IMG/VR virus record: IMGVR_UViG_3300022223_000005
Span: 1 to 52,919 of that record
Reading direction: 5' to 3' (one strand)
Source: a virus
Taxonomy: Duplodnaviria; Caudoviricetes
Length of the DNA: 52,919 nucleotides
Part shown: in pieces, positions 1 through 9,770 of the stretch
Numbering within the stretch: position 1 is the first letter of the stretch
Layout: each line of letters begins with the position of its first letter
Made by a program: the position numbers and the translations under genes
Notes under the pieces: model-generated
What the model was told of the DNA's origin: nothing
What the model saw: only the letters and a program-made list of their open reading frames with translations
The model's database searches: none

Positions 1-631
1 GTATATGCTTGTAATTATGTAATTTGATATGAATCCAGATACAGATAAGCACAATAGACAAAGAATAATTAAGTTAAATTCTTGCGTATGTTCTTCTGCA
101 ATTGATATCATAGATATTCCAACTACACAAAATGCCATAGAAAAAGCTATAACACTAGTTAAAAATATTTTGAATAATTTTGTTATTTCAGTTTCCATTT
201 TTTTATTTGTTAAATCGTTTAGTCATTTCTATTTTACTATTGGTTATTGAAAGAGTATCTATCCAACATACAAGGGTAGCACTCATTACTATTGCTCATT
301 GATTCCTTTGAACATTGTTGATGTGTACAATTCGTATTTGTTGGGAACGATATTTTATGCTGCATCTTTGTTGTTTTTATTATTCACTAAATCTTCGTGT
401 CTTTGAATCAATGTGTTATATTCAAAAACATTTCCATTAGAATCTATTACATGTACCCAGTTTTTCATTATTTTGTTTTTTTTAAAAAAAAGGGGCGACT
501 AAGGAAACTAATAACCTAATGAACCGCCCCATGCTAATAACCAATGATAGGTGTTTATCACCTAATCAAATTTACACAAAAAAACAGTTTCATACAAGTT
601 ATACGTGTATATGTATGCATATTGTTAAAAC

Positions 632-1330
632 TTAATTAGTATTAGCCTTTTTTAGCCTGTTTTCTTCCCAGTTATCAACAGTTTTTTTTATGCTTTTTGA
701 TTGCGCGTCGTCTTTTATGCGTTCACAATAGTCTTTGGCTATTTTTCCAACATGCGAGTAACCCCATGAAATGCTTTTTCCAACCATTACGCCTATTCTA
801 CCTTTATGCGTAAATCCTAAGTTCAATAGTTTTTCGACCTCTTTAACTATCTTATCTGAAGGAACTCCAATTTTCTTCTGGTAGTCTCCAATAGTATTCC
901 TATTTTCTGGATGGTCCTTCATTTGCTTTATGCTTAGTTTAGATTGATTTGTCCATTTCCAATTAGTATAATGCAGATTACTGTGATTACCATCTTTAGG
1001 TGTGAGTTTATTGTAATTTTTTTCCTTTTGTTTTTCAGTTCTTTTAATGAACGCTAAACCCATTGCTTTATGGTTATATACTGTTTTGTTAAATGAATTA
1101 CCATCTTCCGGGTTCATACAAGCCAATGATACGAAATGATGAGGTTCTTTTTTTGACTGTCTAGCATTTAATATTTTACCTTCAACATGTCTTTCTACCT
1201 CAACGCCTCCACGTACATATTTGGATGTTCTTGTTACTGACCTAATTCTACCATGGTCACTAACTTCATAAAAGGAGTGAAAAGGTTCTTCTAGTGGCAT
1301 TTTTTTCCATTTTTCGTTAATGTAGTTCAT
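632..1330 (-). CDS. NUMOD4/HNH-like homing-endonuclease-type protein
   Basis: N-terminal EKWKKMP..YEVSDHGRIRS resembles NUMOD4; degenerate HNH-like KDGNHSNLHYTNWKW. Confidence 0.7.
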   Translation of the reverse strand: MNYINEKWKKMPLEEPFHSFYEVSDHGRIRSVTRTSKYVRGGVEVERHVEGKILNARQSKKEPHHFVSLACMNPEDGNSFNKTVYNHKAMGLAFIKRTEKQKEKNYNKLTPKDGNHSNLHYTNWKWTNQSKLSIKQMKDHPENRNTIGDYQKKIGVPSDKIVKEVEKLLNLGFTHKGRIGVMVGKSISWGYSHVGKIAKDYCERIKDDAQSKSIKKTVDNWEENRLKKANTN

Positions 1331-1362
1331 ATATTTTATTTTTGGTTTAACTTGTTCTATTT

Positions 1363-1761
1363 TTAGAATAATTCTGTTTGTGTTCCGGATTCGTCTGTTT
1401 TAAATGTTATCGTTTCTCCTGGTACTGTGACGTATTTTTGGCCATTATATGTTATTAATTGACCATTATAACCACGTTCACGCCTATTAAGTTGAACCTC
1501 TATTAAACATTGATCATAACTAACTGGCTTTATTTCACCTTTGTATTCATCAAGAAAAATTATTTTTTTGGCGCTACACGATATGGTCCCATCGTAGAAA
1601 CTTGCGGTATATCCAGTAATCACATACCTGATATTTTTGTGTGTAACTATTTCTTTAACGGTATTTCTTTGTAGCTCTTTTACACTTGATAATTTGGCGA
1701 AATTGTCTAGTATTGGCCTTGGCACTATTATATCCATGTTTTTTTGTTTAACGTCTTGCAC
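1363..1761 (-). CDS. hypothetical protein
   Basis: 132 aa ORF coupled to the upstream ATPase gene. Confidence 0.55.
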   Translation of the reverse strand: MQDVKQKNMDIIVPRPILDNFAKLSSVKELQRNTVKEIVTHKNIRYVITGYTASFYDGTISCSAKKIIFLDEYKGEIKPVSYDQCLIEVQLNRRERGYNGQLITYNGQKYVTVPGETITFKTDESGTQTELF

Positions 1762-2692
1762 TTTTCCCTTTTAATTCTATTATGTTGTAGTTTCCAAAAA
1801 CTCTATCATATACACGATAATCATATCTGAAATTCATTTCATATATTGACCGCTCCAATGTTAAAAAACTCACTTCATTAGAGTTTCCACTTTTGTCTTT
1901 TTCCCTCATTAAATTCATTGATAAGTGGGTTTTTTTATTTCTGTCGGCTCTATGAGTAAGAACATCTAAAAATATATTTTTTGTTCCAAAATGATTTGAA
2001 TCAGTTTCACTCATTAAATCATCTATATATAATTGCTTTCTTTCATAAAGTTCATTTAATGGGTTTTTACCTCCATTTCTCCTATACTCTTCATGGCTTT
2101 TAACAATTTGATTTGAATTGCATTTGTTTATTTCGAATTGGTCTATCAATTCATTTAGGTTTTCTGGTATAGATTTTTTTTGTTCCTTTATGAACATAGA
2201 GAAAGCATATATTAAAGACTCAAATATTGAAGTTTTTCCTGAGCCACATCCACCAATTGAAAGAGTTCCTTTGTCAAAACTAGGCTCAGATAGGTCTTTT
2301 CTTAGTAGAGGGCTTTTGAAAAATCTTTCATCTTTTAAAAAGTAAAAAATCAATGTGTAAATATATTGCTTAGGTTCATCTGTATTTGAAAAAATGTTTT
2401 TCTCATTGAACCTAACTTTATTTAAAAAAAGATATGATTGTAAAAAATCATGATATACTGATTTATAATTTACATTTATTTTTTTTGAAAGAAAATCATT
2501 TACAATTATTTCAGGGTCATTTTTTCTGGACTCGATAGTTTTTAACCTCAACTTTTCACATTGATCATCCCATTTTTTTAATTTTTCATCAAATTCATTA
2601 CAAAATAAAATATCTTTTTCTTCACCTCTTTTTTTTCTCATTTCATAGGTTTGAGGTTTTCTAGGTTTTTTACCAACTATGTTTTCATTCAT
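1748..2692 (-). CDS. P-loop ATPase, DnaC/IstB-like helicase loader
   Basis: Walker A GGCGSGKT, Walker B LYIDDL, C-terminal ELKGKSARR; lies downstream of the replication initiator. Confidence 0.75.
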   Translation of the reverse strand: MNENIVGKKPRKPQTYEMRKKRGEEKDILFCNEFDEKLKKWDDQCEKLRLKTIESRKNDPEIIVNDFLSKKINVNYKSVYHDFLQSYLFLNKVRFNEKNIFSNTDEPKQYIYTLIFYFLKDERFFKSPLLRKDLSEPSFDKGTLSIGGCGSGKTSIFESLIYAFSMFIKEQKKSIPENLNELIDQFEINKCNSNQIVKSHEEYRRNGGKNPLNELYERKQLYIDDLMSETDSNHFGTKNIFLDVLTHRADRNKKTHLSMNLMREKDKSGNSNEVSFLTLERSIYEMNFRYDYRVYDRVFGNYNIIELKGKSARR

Positions 2693-2869
2693 TATTTCAG
2701 AAAATTTTTGTGGTATAGATGTTTTTTTTTTGCATTTTCATTTATTTGTTTTAAGAAGATTTAAGAGCTTTTAAATAATATATAGTACACTTGCATTAAA
2801 ATTGTTTTTTAACTGATAAGGATGCGTAATAATGACTTAAAACAATATGTTTAAGCTTATTTATTTGAT

Positions 2870-3706
2870 TCATCTTGATCCAGTATAAGTTTTATGTACA
2901 TGATCATGTTTTTTATGATCATTTTTTTTATTTGGTGATTTGATCCAATTTGCGTTCAATCTTTCAAGTCTTGCAAACAAAATTTTTGTTTCAAATTTTA
3001 TTTCTTCAGTAATGCATATAGAATTGAAATTAATCTTGAAAACTTCAAAATTCTCAAAACTTGATTTATTTTTAATTTCAAAAGTTTCAATTCTAGATGG
3101 GCTTTCTTTTTTTAAAAAATCATAAGCCTCTAAATCTTCTTTTAAAAAAACATCTTTTTTACTTGTGTTTTTTTCTTTTGTTTCTTTTTTTAAAAGAATA
3201 TCACTATCACTATCACTAACACTATCACTAACACTATCACTAACACTTACACTTACGGTATGATTCGTATCAGTTCGTATACCATCGTATACGGTCGTAT
3301 CATTTTGCGTACCATCGTATACGGTCGTATCATTTTGCGTACCATCGTATACGGTCGTATCATTTTGCGTACCATCGTATACGGTCGTATCATCTTTTGT
3401 ACCATCGTATACGATTGTATCATCTTGTGTATTTTTTAGTTCGATAGAATTTTTCTTTTCCCATCGTTTTTTTATGTTTTTTCTGTTTTGCTCTTTTTTA
3501 GCCTCCCATTTTTTCAAATCCCTTTTTAATGTTTCCATTATTGAAGGGAATACAAATCTTATTACATCTTCATCGCTTTTAGGGTCAATGTCGTTTACAT
3601 ATTTCAATATGTGTTTTATTAATACACCTGCCTCTGAATCTGTTAAATTGTCAAATGTGCTCATCCAATCGCAATAAGCTGTAAATGATTTTTTTCCTTC
3701 TGCCAT
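2870..3706 (-). CDS. phage replication initiator (DUF6291-like N-terminus)
   Basis: MAEGKKSFTAYCDW..LTDSEAGVLIKHI N-terminus, internal tandem repeats, low-complexity VSDS linker. Confidence 0.7.
   Translation of the reverse strand: MAEGKKSFTAYCDWMSTFDNLTDSEAGVLIKHILKYVNDIDPKSDEDVIRFVFPSIMETLKRDLKKWEAKKEQNRKNIKKRWEKKNSIELKNTQDDTIVYDGTKDDTTVYDGTQNDTTVYDGTQNDTTVYDGTQNDTTVYDGIRTDTNHTVSVSVSDSVSDSVSDSDSDILLKKETKEKNTSKKDVFLKEDLEAYDFLKKESPSRIETFEIKNKSSFENFEVFKINFNSICITEEIKFETKILFARLERLNANWIKSPNKKNDHKKHDHVHKTYTGSR
3281..3430. repeat. five 30-bp tandem repeats, candidate origin iterons
   Basis: ACCATCGTATACGGTCGTATCATTTTGCGT-type units starting at 3281, 3311, 3341, 3371, 3401, each with a CGTATACG palindrome. 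Confidence 0.8.
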
Positions 3707-3941
3707 CTGTTTTACTATTAATTATTAATTTGTCTTAGGGAGACTTTTTGTTAAAATTATGTGTTTACATTAAAAAGTTTGTTTTGCTATTATAACTTAC
3801 TCATTAAGTAAAAACAATGGCGCAAATTTAATTGTTATTCATTTATCAGCCAAATTATTCGTGCAATATTTTACAATTTAATATTTTATTTTTAATAACC
3901 AGTAATATTTGTTAGATTTGTATCGAATAAAAAATACTATA

Positions 3942-4277
3942 ATGAGCAAACCCTTAGAAAAACAAAGAGTATTAAGAATAAAGGAGATATTACAAAATAA
4001 AAAAATGAATACAACCCAGTTAGCTAAATTAATGGGGGTTTCTGACGCTTCTTTATCTGTAATGAATAGCGAAAAAACATGGCCTAAACGTGACACGTTG
4101 TTAAAAATAGCTTCTGTATTAGATGTTGATGTAAGAGATTTGTTTTTTCCAACTAAAGATGAAGCCCCTATGAATGGTTTTGTTCAGTTTAACGATAAGA
4201 TATATACAATAAGAGATATGAAAGACCTTGAAATTCTTAATAATGATGTTTTTTCAAGCTATATAAAAACAAAATAA
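3942..4277 (+). CDS. XRE-family HTH transcriptional regulator
   Basis: LRIKEIL..TTQLAKLMGVS..LLKIASVLDVDVRDLF; preceded by TAGATTTG promoter motif; ATG 3942 preferred over the ORF-track start. Confidence 0.85.
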   Translation: MSKPLEKQRVLRIKEILQNKKMNTTQLAKLMGVSDASLSVMNSEKTWPKRDTLLKIASVLDVDVRDLFFPTKDEAPMNGFVQFNDKIYTIRDMKDLEILNNDVFSSYIKTK

Positions 4278-4284
4278 ATTTAAT

Positions 4285-4611
4285 ATGAATAATGAAAAAA
4301 GTGAATTAAGAATAAAAGAGATTTTAAAGCAAAAGCAAATAACATCTATTGAGCTTGCATATAATTTAGATGTAAACATAAATACAATTTACAGCATATC
4401 TAATGGCGAAACTATTCCAAGTGATGATTTATTACATAAAATCGCTAAAGCTTTAAAAGTGCCTTTAAAAAAACTATACAAAGGCTATAAATCTGAAAAA
4501 GTAATAGGTTATCTCGAATTTGAAGGTGAAGTGTATAAGATAAAAAATAAAAAAGATGTATATGATGCTTTGGAACATATTGATTCAGTAGGCACCAAAA
4601 CAATTGCATAA
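4285..4611 (+). CDS. XRE-family HTH regulator (tandem paralog)
   Basis: LRIKEILKQKQITSIELAYNLDV..LHKIAKAL; shares the C-terminal G(F/Y)x(Q/E)F..(I/V)Y.I motif with the previous gene. Confidence 0.85.
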   Translation: MNNEKSELRIKEILKQKQITSIELAYNLDVNINTIYSISNGETIPSDDLLHKIAKALKVPLKKLYKGYKSEKVIGYLEFEGEVYKIKNKKDVYDALEHIDSVGTKTIA

Positions 4612-4714
4612 TTAATGTTATATTAATTGTTGATTTTTCGTTGCAACGAAAATCAACGTTCGTTGAATTTACGTTGAACTCTTGTTGCAACGACTTTAAT
4701 ATTTATGACTGATC

Positions 4715-4748
4715 AAAAAAGTGAACTAACTAAAGTTCACTTTTTTTT
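4715..4748. terminator. bidirectional intrinsic terminator
   Basis: AAAAAAGTGAACT-aactaa-AGTTCACTTTTTT between convergent genes. Confidence 0.75.
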
Positions 4749-4753
4749 GATTA

Positions 4754-5137
4754 TTAAATAAATATCAAAGATTTAGAATATGATATAGTCAATTCTAATA
4801 AATTAACATCCTGAACTACTATTTCATTTATTTTTTCGTTTGAAATTTGATCTATTATTATTTGTAATCTGTTTTTAATGTTTTTGTCGGTGTCCATCAA
4901 TCCTAAGACAGTTTTTTTAGCATGTAATGCCGTGGCGTGGTCCCTATCATAGACCGCGCCTGCTGATATTGATGTGTAGTTGTTAAGCATCAATAAGTAC
5001 ATTATTATTTGCCTAGGGAAACAGATAGCCCTTTTTCTGGACTTAGTGTATAAAAGTTCAGGAGTAATATTGTAATTATCACATACTATTTTTTCAATTA
5101 TGTTTACCATTTTTTGTCTTTTTATTCTCGTTTTCAA
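4754..5137 (-). CDS. DnaA C-terminal (domain IV)-like HTH protein
   Basis: KSRKRAICFPRQIIMYL..RDHATALHA matches the DnaA domain IV signature. Confidence 0.8.
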   Translation of the reverse strand: MKTRIKRQKMVNIIEKIVCDNYNITPELLYTKSRKRAICFPRQIIMYLLMLNNYTSISAGAVYDRDHATALHAKKTVLGLMDTDKNIKNRLQIIIDQISNEKINEIVVQDVNLLELTISYSKSLIFI

Positions 5138-5264
5138 TAAAGTTTATAAAATCCTTAAAGTTTAGGGAACTTAAAAAGGCTGTTTTGTGAACCGTAATGA
5201 TGCCATTCATCGTTACGGTTGTTTTTTTTCCATCTATTACTATTAAAAGATTTGTGTTTACCAT

Positions 5265-7367
5265 TTAGATTTCTTTGTAAAATCCTTGAAACCTTACCAG
5301 TCCATGGTATTCTGGTGAGCTTATAAGGCCATCACCTTTGCCTCCCAATGTTTCGGCACCACCTTGATCAAGAACTACCTTTGAATCTATCTCACGGGAA
5401 ACCCTAAAGCATATTTGAACTGGAAAATTAACCTTTGCATCACCAGATATTACTTTTACAGATGCTCGTTGTGTTGCTGCTATTACTCTAAATCCTAACG
5501 ATCGCCCTTTTTGAAGTATCATTTTCAAATTTTCTTCCAAAGACTTTTTTCGACCAACCGTTTGAAGTTTCATTTTGGGTTTAGGTGGTCCTAAATCTCC
5601 TTTTTTCTGTGCATAAAAACCAACCTCCACCATTTCTTTTACGTCTAATTCACGCCCCTTTTTTGATGAGTCCAAAGCGTCTGCAAATTCATCGAAAACA
5701 ATAAATGTTTTCTTTGTACGTCCAGTCTTTGTTAGTAATTGCATTTGTTCAACTAGTTTTTCCATCTCAATCTCAATCTTATCAATATCTCTTATAACTC
5801 TTACAATGCCCTGGCACTTGGTGTTAAATTCATTTTTAGGATCAAATATTATTATTTCGTCATAATCTAACAACTTCGCATATTCTATTGTTGAATTTAT
5901 CATAACCGATTTTCCTGATCCAGTGGACCCACATACTAATGCGTGAGCTGTTGCCGGATTTTCAACATCAAAATAAACAACATTATTGAAGTTGTCCATT
6001 CCTATAGGAATTTTACCATCAATCAAATACTTCGGGTCGTAACTCAATACCTTATCGTTTTTCTTTCCACATTCCAAATGAATATACGACTTCCCATCAT
6101 ATACTTTCAATTGTGTGTCTATTCTTATGCTTGAAACGTCTAGCGCGCTTGCAATGTCTAATTTGTATTTAAAGATTTTATTCAAGGTAGTACCTGCTGA
6201 TACACTCAAAAGAAATGCATCACTTGAATAACCCTCGAAAAAGTGTTCAACCTTCACCACCAATCCTAGTGAGCGTAATATATGTTCTATTTTTTCAGTT
6301 TTGTTCATGTCTTTATTTGTTAGATCGTATAAAATAAATTCAGATGCATTTTTTCTGAATGTCTTTATAATTTTGGGGTTAATGGATGCCGTTGATGCAT
6401 CACGTATTTTTTTTAATCTTCTCGAGATGATATCTTTTTTAGATTCATCAACATTGAATTCATCAATTTCTGCAATCATTGTTTTGGACCAAAAAGCATG
6501 CATATGTTCCTTGCTTACAAACGTGTCATTTTCATTCATTAAATACACGTAATCTGGATTCGAAACGGCTTCGATCATGCGTTTTAATGGCTCGTATAAC
6601 ATTGCTTCGTATAACTTTACAGTGTCATTGTCCATTGGCATTTTAAAGCAATTCAATTGAGGTGATCCATCTCTATTTTTTGAATACTTGTTTTCAATAA
6701 ACCAAACCTCATCAGCTATTATGTTCATTTTAGCTTCCAAAACCTTGTAATAAGTTATGGCTTGTTTTCCAATTGACAAAGCCAATTCCTTTTCATCGGA
6801 AAAACAATTTTTTGACTTATGATCAATTATTATCGTTTTTCCTTCTGAAGTTTTTGCTATTAAATCAATTTTAGCATGACAAGGCAATGGAATGTCAACA
6901 CCGTTTATTTGAAGAAACTCATTAAAATAGTCCTCAACCGATATGACTTCAACAATATCATATACAGAAATGTCATTTATAAAGTTTTCTAACAACTTTG
7001 AAACTATTGAAGATGCTTTTATTTGGCATTCTGATATTGTCTTTGTTGTTTTTTGAAGCTTCCAGATATTTGCCTTAACATTGTCAATGTATTCAAATGC
7101 TATTTTCTCCAAGTCAACTAGGTCAAGTGTTAAGTTATCCTTTTTGTTTATAAAATACCTTTCCAAAGCTGCATGATATGCGTTACCCGCAACCGTTGAT
7201 GAACTTGATTTCGATCTTTCATTGTAGATATAGTTCATTTCAAAAGCTTTTTCATTTCTGGCAAAAGACATTACTTTTGAATAACTCCAACTATTTACAA
7301 GAAAGTTAGAATATAGCTCGTCATATTCTGACGAGCTTAAATTTGAATATTCGTGTATGTGTTTCAT
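5265..7367 (-). CDS. PD-(D/E)XK nuclease fused to an FtsK/SpoIIIE ATPase
   Basis: N-terminal SWSYS..GNAYH..KIDLI..IIDHKS; C-terminal HALVCGSTGSGKS, FDEFAD, AATQR, GAETLGGKGDG. Confidence 0.85.
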   Translation of the reverse strand: MKHIHEYSNLSSSEYDELYSNFLVNSWSYSKVMSFARNEKAFEMNYIYNERSKSSSSTVAGNAYHAALERYFINKKDNLTLDLVDLEKIAFEYIDNVKANIWKLQKTTKTISECQIKASSIVSKLLENFINDISVYDIVEVISVEDYFNEFLQINGVDIPLPCHAKIDLIAKTSEGKTIIIDHKSKNCFSDEKELALSIGKQAITYYKVLEAKMNIIADEVWFIENKYSKNRDGSPQLNCFKMPMDNDTVKLYEAMLYEPLKRMIEAVSNPDYVYLMNENDTFVSKEHMHAFWSKTMIAEIDEFNVDESKKDIISRRLKKIRDASTASINPKIIKTFRKNASEFILYDLTNKDMNKTEKIEHILRSLGLVVKVEHFFEGYSSDAFLLSVSAGTTLNKIFKYKLDIASALDVSSIRIDTQLKVYDGKSYIHLECGKKNDKVLSYDPKYLIDGKIPIGMDNFNNVVYFDVENPATAHALVCGSTGSGKSVMINSTIEYAKLLDYDEIIIFDPKNEFNTKCQGIVRVIRDIDKIEIEMEKLVEQMQLLTKTGRTKKTFIVFDEFADALDSSKKGRELDVKEMVEVGFYAQKKGDLGPPKPKMKLQTVGRKKSLEENLKMILQKGRSLGFRVIAATQRASVKVISGDAKVNFPVQICFRVSREIDSKVVLDQGGAETLGGKGDGLISSPEYHGLVRFQGFYKEI

Positions 7368-8047
7368 TATGGTAGGTTTTCAATTTTATCTTTCATAGTC
7401 TTTTTTTTATCTTCAACAGTTTGAGGTTTAACCTCAATTACCTCCAAATCACTTGCATCACCATCCCCAATTTCACACCCTGTTATAGTGTTAAATAGCC
7501 AAGCTCTTGCCTTTCTTGTTGCTTTTCCTATTACCGCATCAGTTCCCATTAATTTGTTAACTTTTATAGGTATATCCATTGACGACTTATTTTTGTTGCC
7601 TCCATCTATTGACCATTGTATGTCCATAACAATTGCTGCACTAGTACTTTCGCTGTTTATCCTTGGAAGATTTGGAACTATGTTGTACCAAAGCCCTTTC
7701 TGCTTTGATAACAGGTGCTTAAATCCTTCTTTTGTTATGTAGCATTGACCCTTTATGATGTTGAATTGATTACCAACAGGCTCAACACCTGTCAATACAG
7801 CTTCAATAAGACAGTTTTTAACAATATCTAAGCTGTAACCTCCATCTTTGTCCCTGTCTGTCTTAAAGCCAAGCTTATTTCCTTGTAAATCCATAATAGG
7901 TTTCATGTAATTGTCGTTTAACAACGTTTTTAATTCACCTACGGCCTGAGCAACCACATAAGCCTTTTTAAATCCGTGTATAGCATCATCACCTATTACA
8001 GATAATACTTGATCGTCTAGTTTCTTAATAATTTGATTTTCTTTCAT
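7367..8047 (-). CDS. putative ssDNA-annealing recombinase (RecT-like)
   Basis: Coupled to the exonuclease gene; CLIEAVLTGVEPVGNQFNII..KATRKARAW. Confidence 0.5.
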   Translation of the reverse strand: MKENQIIKKLDDQVLSVIGDDAIHGFKKAYVVAQAVGELKTLLNDNYMKPIMDLQGNKLGFKTDRDKDGGYSLDIVKNCLIEAVLTGVEPVGNQFNIIKGQCYITKEGFKHLLSKQKGLWYNIVPNLPRINSESTSAAIVMDIQWSIDGGNKNKSSMDIPIKVNKLMGTDAVIGKATRKARAWLFNTITGCEIGDGDASDLEVIEVKPQTVEDKKKTMKDKIENLP

Positions 8048-8080
8048 TGTGTTATTTTTAGTTTTTAAATTTCATTATTA

Positions 8081-8141
8081 TATTAGTATTTTTTATATAT
8101 TTGTAATCTCGAAAAGAGATAACCAATCTTTCGATTTTTTT
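8081..8141 (+). promoter_or_regulatory. promoter and 5' hairpin module of omegaRNA cassette 1
   Basis: TATATTTG (-7 element) at 8096-8103, then hairpin TCGAAAAGAGAT..ATCTTTCGA; 61 nt identical to 46672-46732. Confidence 0.7.
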
Positions 8142-8142
8142 A

Positions 8143-8259
8143 AACATTTTGGTTCGGGCAGAGCCAATGTTCGTTAACGTGGTGCATTAGCACGAGCGTT
8201 GAGCAAGAATCCCCTAGTCTTTAGATGTGGGAGTGTCAATTCTACAGGTATTGTAATCA
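8143..8259 (+). ncRNA. stand-alone TnpB omegaRNA/reRNA copy 1 (guide about TTCTACAGGTATTGTAATCA)
   Basis: 8143-8212 identical to 26327-26396 at the tnpB 3' end; right-end hairpin and GTGTCAA ending at 8239; no IS left end or tnpB nearby. Confidence 0.8.
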
Positions 8260-8270
8260 TATCTATTTTT

Positions 8271-8606
8271 TTAAGAGGTTATTAATGATAATTGATGAAT
8301 CCTATCTTCAATAGTAAATGCGTTTTCATTATTCGAATTTGTTTCATCTTCTATTATTTCGACCTCATCAAATATCATCTGAGTGAACTTGCTTTTCAAT
8401 TGGTCCGAAAGTTCGATAGCATTCATACTTGAAAGACTTATAAATTCATCTACGATCAATTCACAAGATGCTTCGAAGTCTATATGAAAAGATATGTGAT
8501 AATCTTCAGTTGTGGAAGACATACCCACTAATGATAATGATTGTCCTGAATCGCATTTTAATTGACTTGTAAGCTTAGAAAGCTTTGTTTGTTTAATTGG
8601 TGGCAT
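8271..8606 (-). CDS. hypothetical protein
   Basis: 111 aa ORF with a TATATTTG promoter on the minus strand at 8638-8645. Confidence 0.55.
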   Translation of the reverse strand: MPPIKQTKLSKLTSQLKCDSGQSLSLVGMSSTTEDYHISFHIDFEASCELIVDEFISLSSMNAIELSDQLKSKFTQMIFDEVEIIEDETNSNNENAFTIEDRIHQLSLITS

Positions 8607-8898
8607 ACAATTATTTATTATGTTGTTATTGACAATGCAAATATATGAATATTTTTGAATAATATTGCTGTTTTCAGTAATATTTTTAAGTCTATTCTTT
8701 ATTTATAATCTTTCTAAATAAGTGATTGCATCAAATTAAAGATAGTAAAAAATATTTAATACACAGTGTAATAGGTAGGAAACCGTTGTTTTACTTGGAA
8801 TTGCAAACTATACTAAAAACTTTTTTAACTAAAATACGGTAAACCATAACCGAGTTACGGAAAATAGTTGTATGTTTGCATTGAACAAATAATATACA

Positions 8899-9138
8899 AT
8901 GGAAAAAATCGATCAAATTATTGTAAACTTATTAGCAACCGGAATGACTCAAAAAGAAGTTGCTGAACATTTCAAATCAAAAAACATACTCCCTTCAAGT
9001 GTGTCCATAATTGAAAAAAGAATGAAAAAAATAAAAAAGAATTTTCACGCTAAAACATCAATTCAACTTGGCGTAACACTTGTAAGATTGGGCTACATAT
9101 ATAAAAGCCCAGGGCGTGCATTAAAAATGAGACCATAA
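8899..9138 (+). CDS. LuxR-like HTH protein
   Basis: LLATGMTQKEVAEHF..SIIEKRMKKIKKNFHAKT; preceded by TATGTTTG. Confidence 0.7.
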   Translation: MEKIDQIIVNLLATGMTQKEVAEHFKSKNILPSSVSIIEKRMKKIKKNFHAKTSIQLGVTLVRLGYIYKSPGRALKMRP

Positions 9139-9177
9139 TTATAATAACAGCTATATTAATCGTTAACAACAATTAAA

Positions 9178-9453
9178 ATGATAACCAAAAAACAATTACA
9201 AATACAAAAAATGCATTCAGGATCACAGAAGATGCTTGATACATTGAAAGAACTTAGTTTGTCAGAGAATATAAATTTTGATGAATCATTAAAGATAAAA
9301 GACGCCATTGAAGCTTCAACATTGGATGTTAATTGCAAAATCATCGATAAATCAATTAATGTGATGGAAGCACTAAAAAGGTCAATGGGTGTTAATTTTT
9401 TAGATGAACAAATTGCCTTAGAAATAATAGTAAACACATTTAAGAACAATTAA
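9178..9453 (+). CDS. hypothetical protein
   Basis: ORF in the rightward early operon. Confidence 0.55.
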   Translation: MITKKQLQIQKMHSGSQKMLDTLKELSLSENINFDESLKIKDAIEASTLDVNCKIIDKSINVMEALKRSMGVNFLDEQIALEIIVNTFKNN

Positions 9454-9462
9454 AATAAAAAA

Positions 9463-9738
9463 ATGCCACAAAAAATAACAAAACAAATAGAGGTTAACAA
9501 CCAAAAATCCATAATAACAATAACAAAAACGAATCAAATTCAATTAAATGGTAAATCATTTTATAATGTTAACGTTCGTGGATTCGAAGGATGCAAATAT
9601 AAGTCTGATTATTCTGGCCACATCCTAAATCAAGATTTGTTGACCATTGCCGAATCTGACTTTGAACAATGGGCATTATTTCATAATGAATTAAGTGATG
9701 AAGAAAATCTATTGATGTCAAACGGATATTCGATTTAA
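9463..9738 (+). CDS. hypothetical protein
   Basis: ORF in the rightward early operon. Confidence 0.55.
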   Translation: MPQKITKQIEVNNQKSIITITKTNQIQLNGKSFYNVNVRGFEGCKYKSDYSGHILNQDLLTIAESDFEQWALFHNELSDEENLLMSNGYSI

Positions 9739-9770
9739 ATCACATAAAACAACTAATAAAAATAGAACCA

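Noticed and set aside
3281-3430. 30-bp repeats as a CRISPR array
   Set aside because: Contiguous with no unique spacers; in frame within the replication initiator
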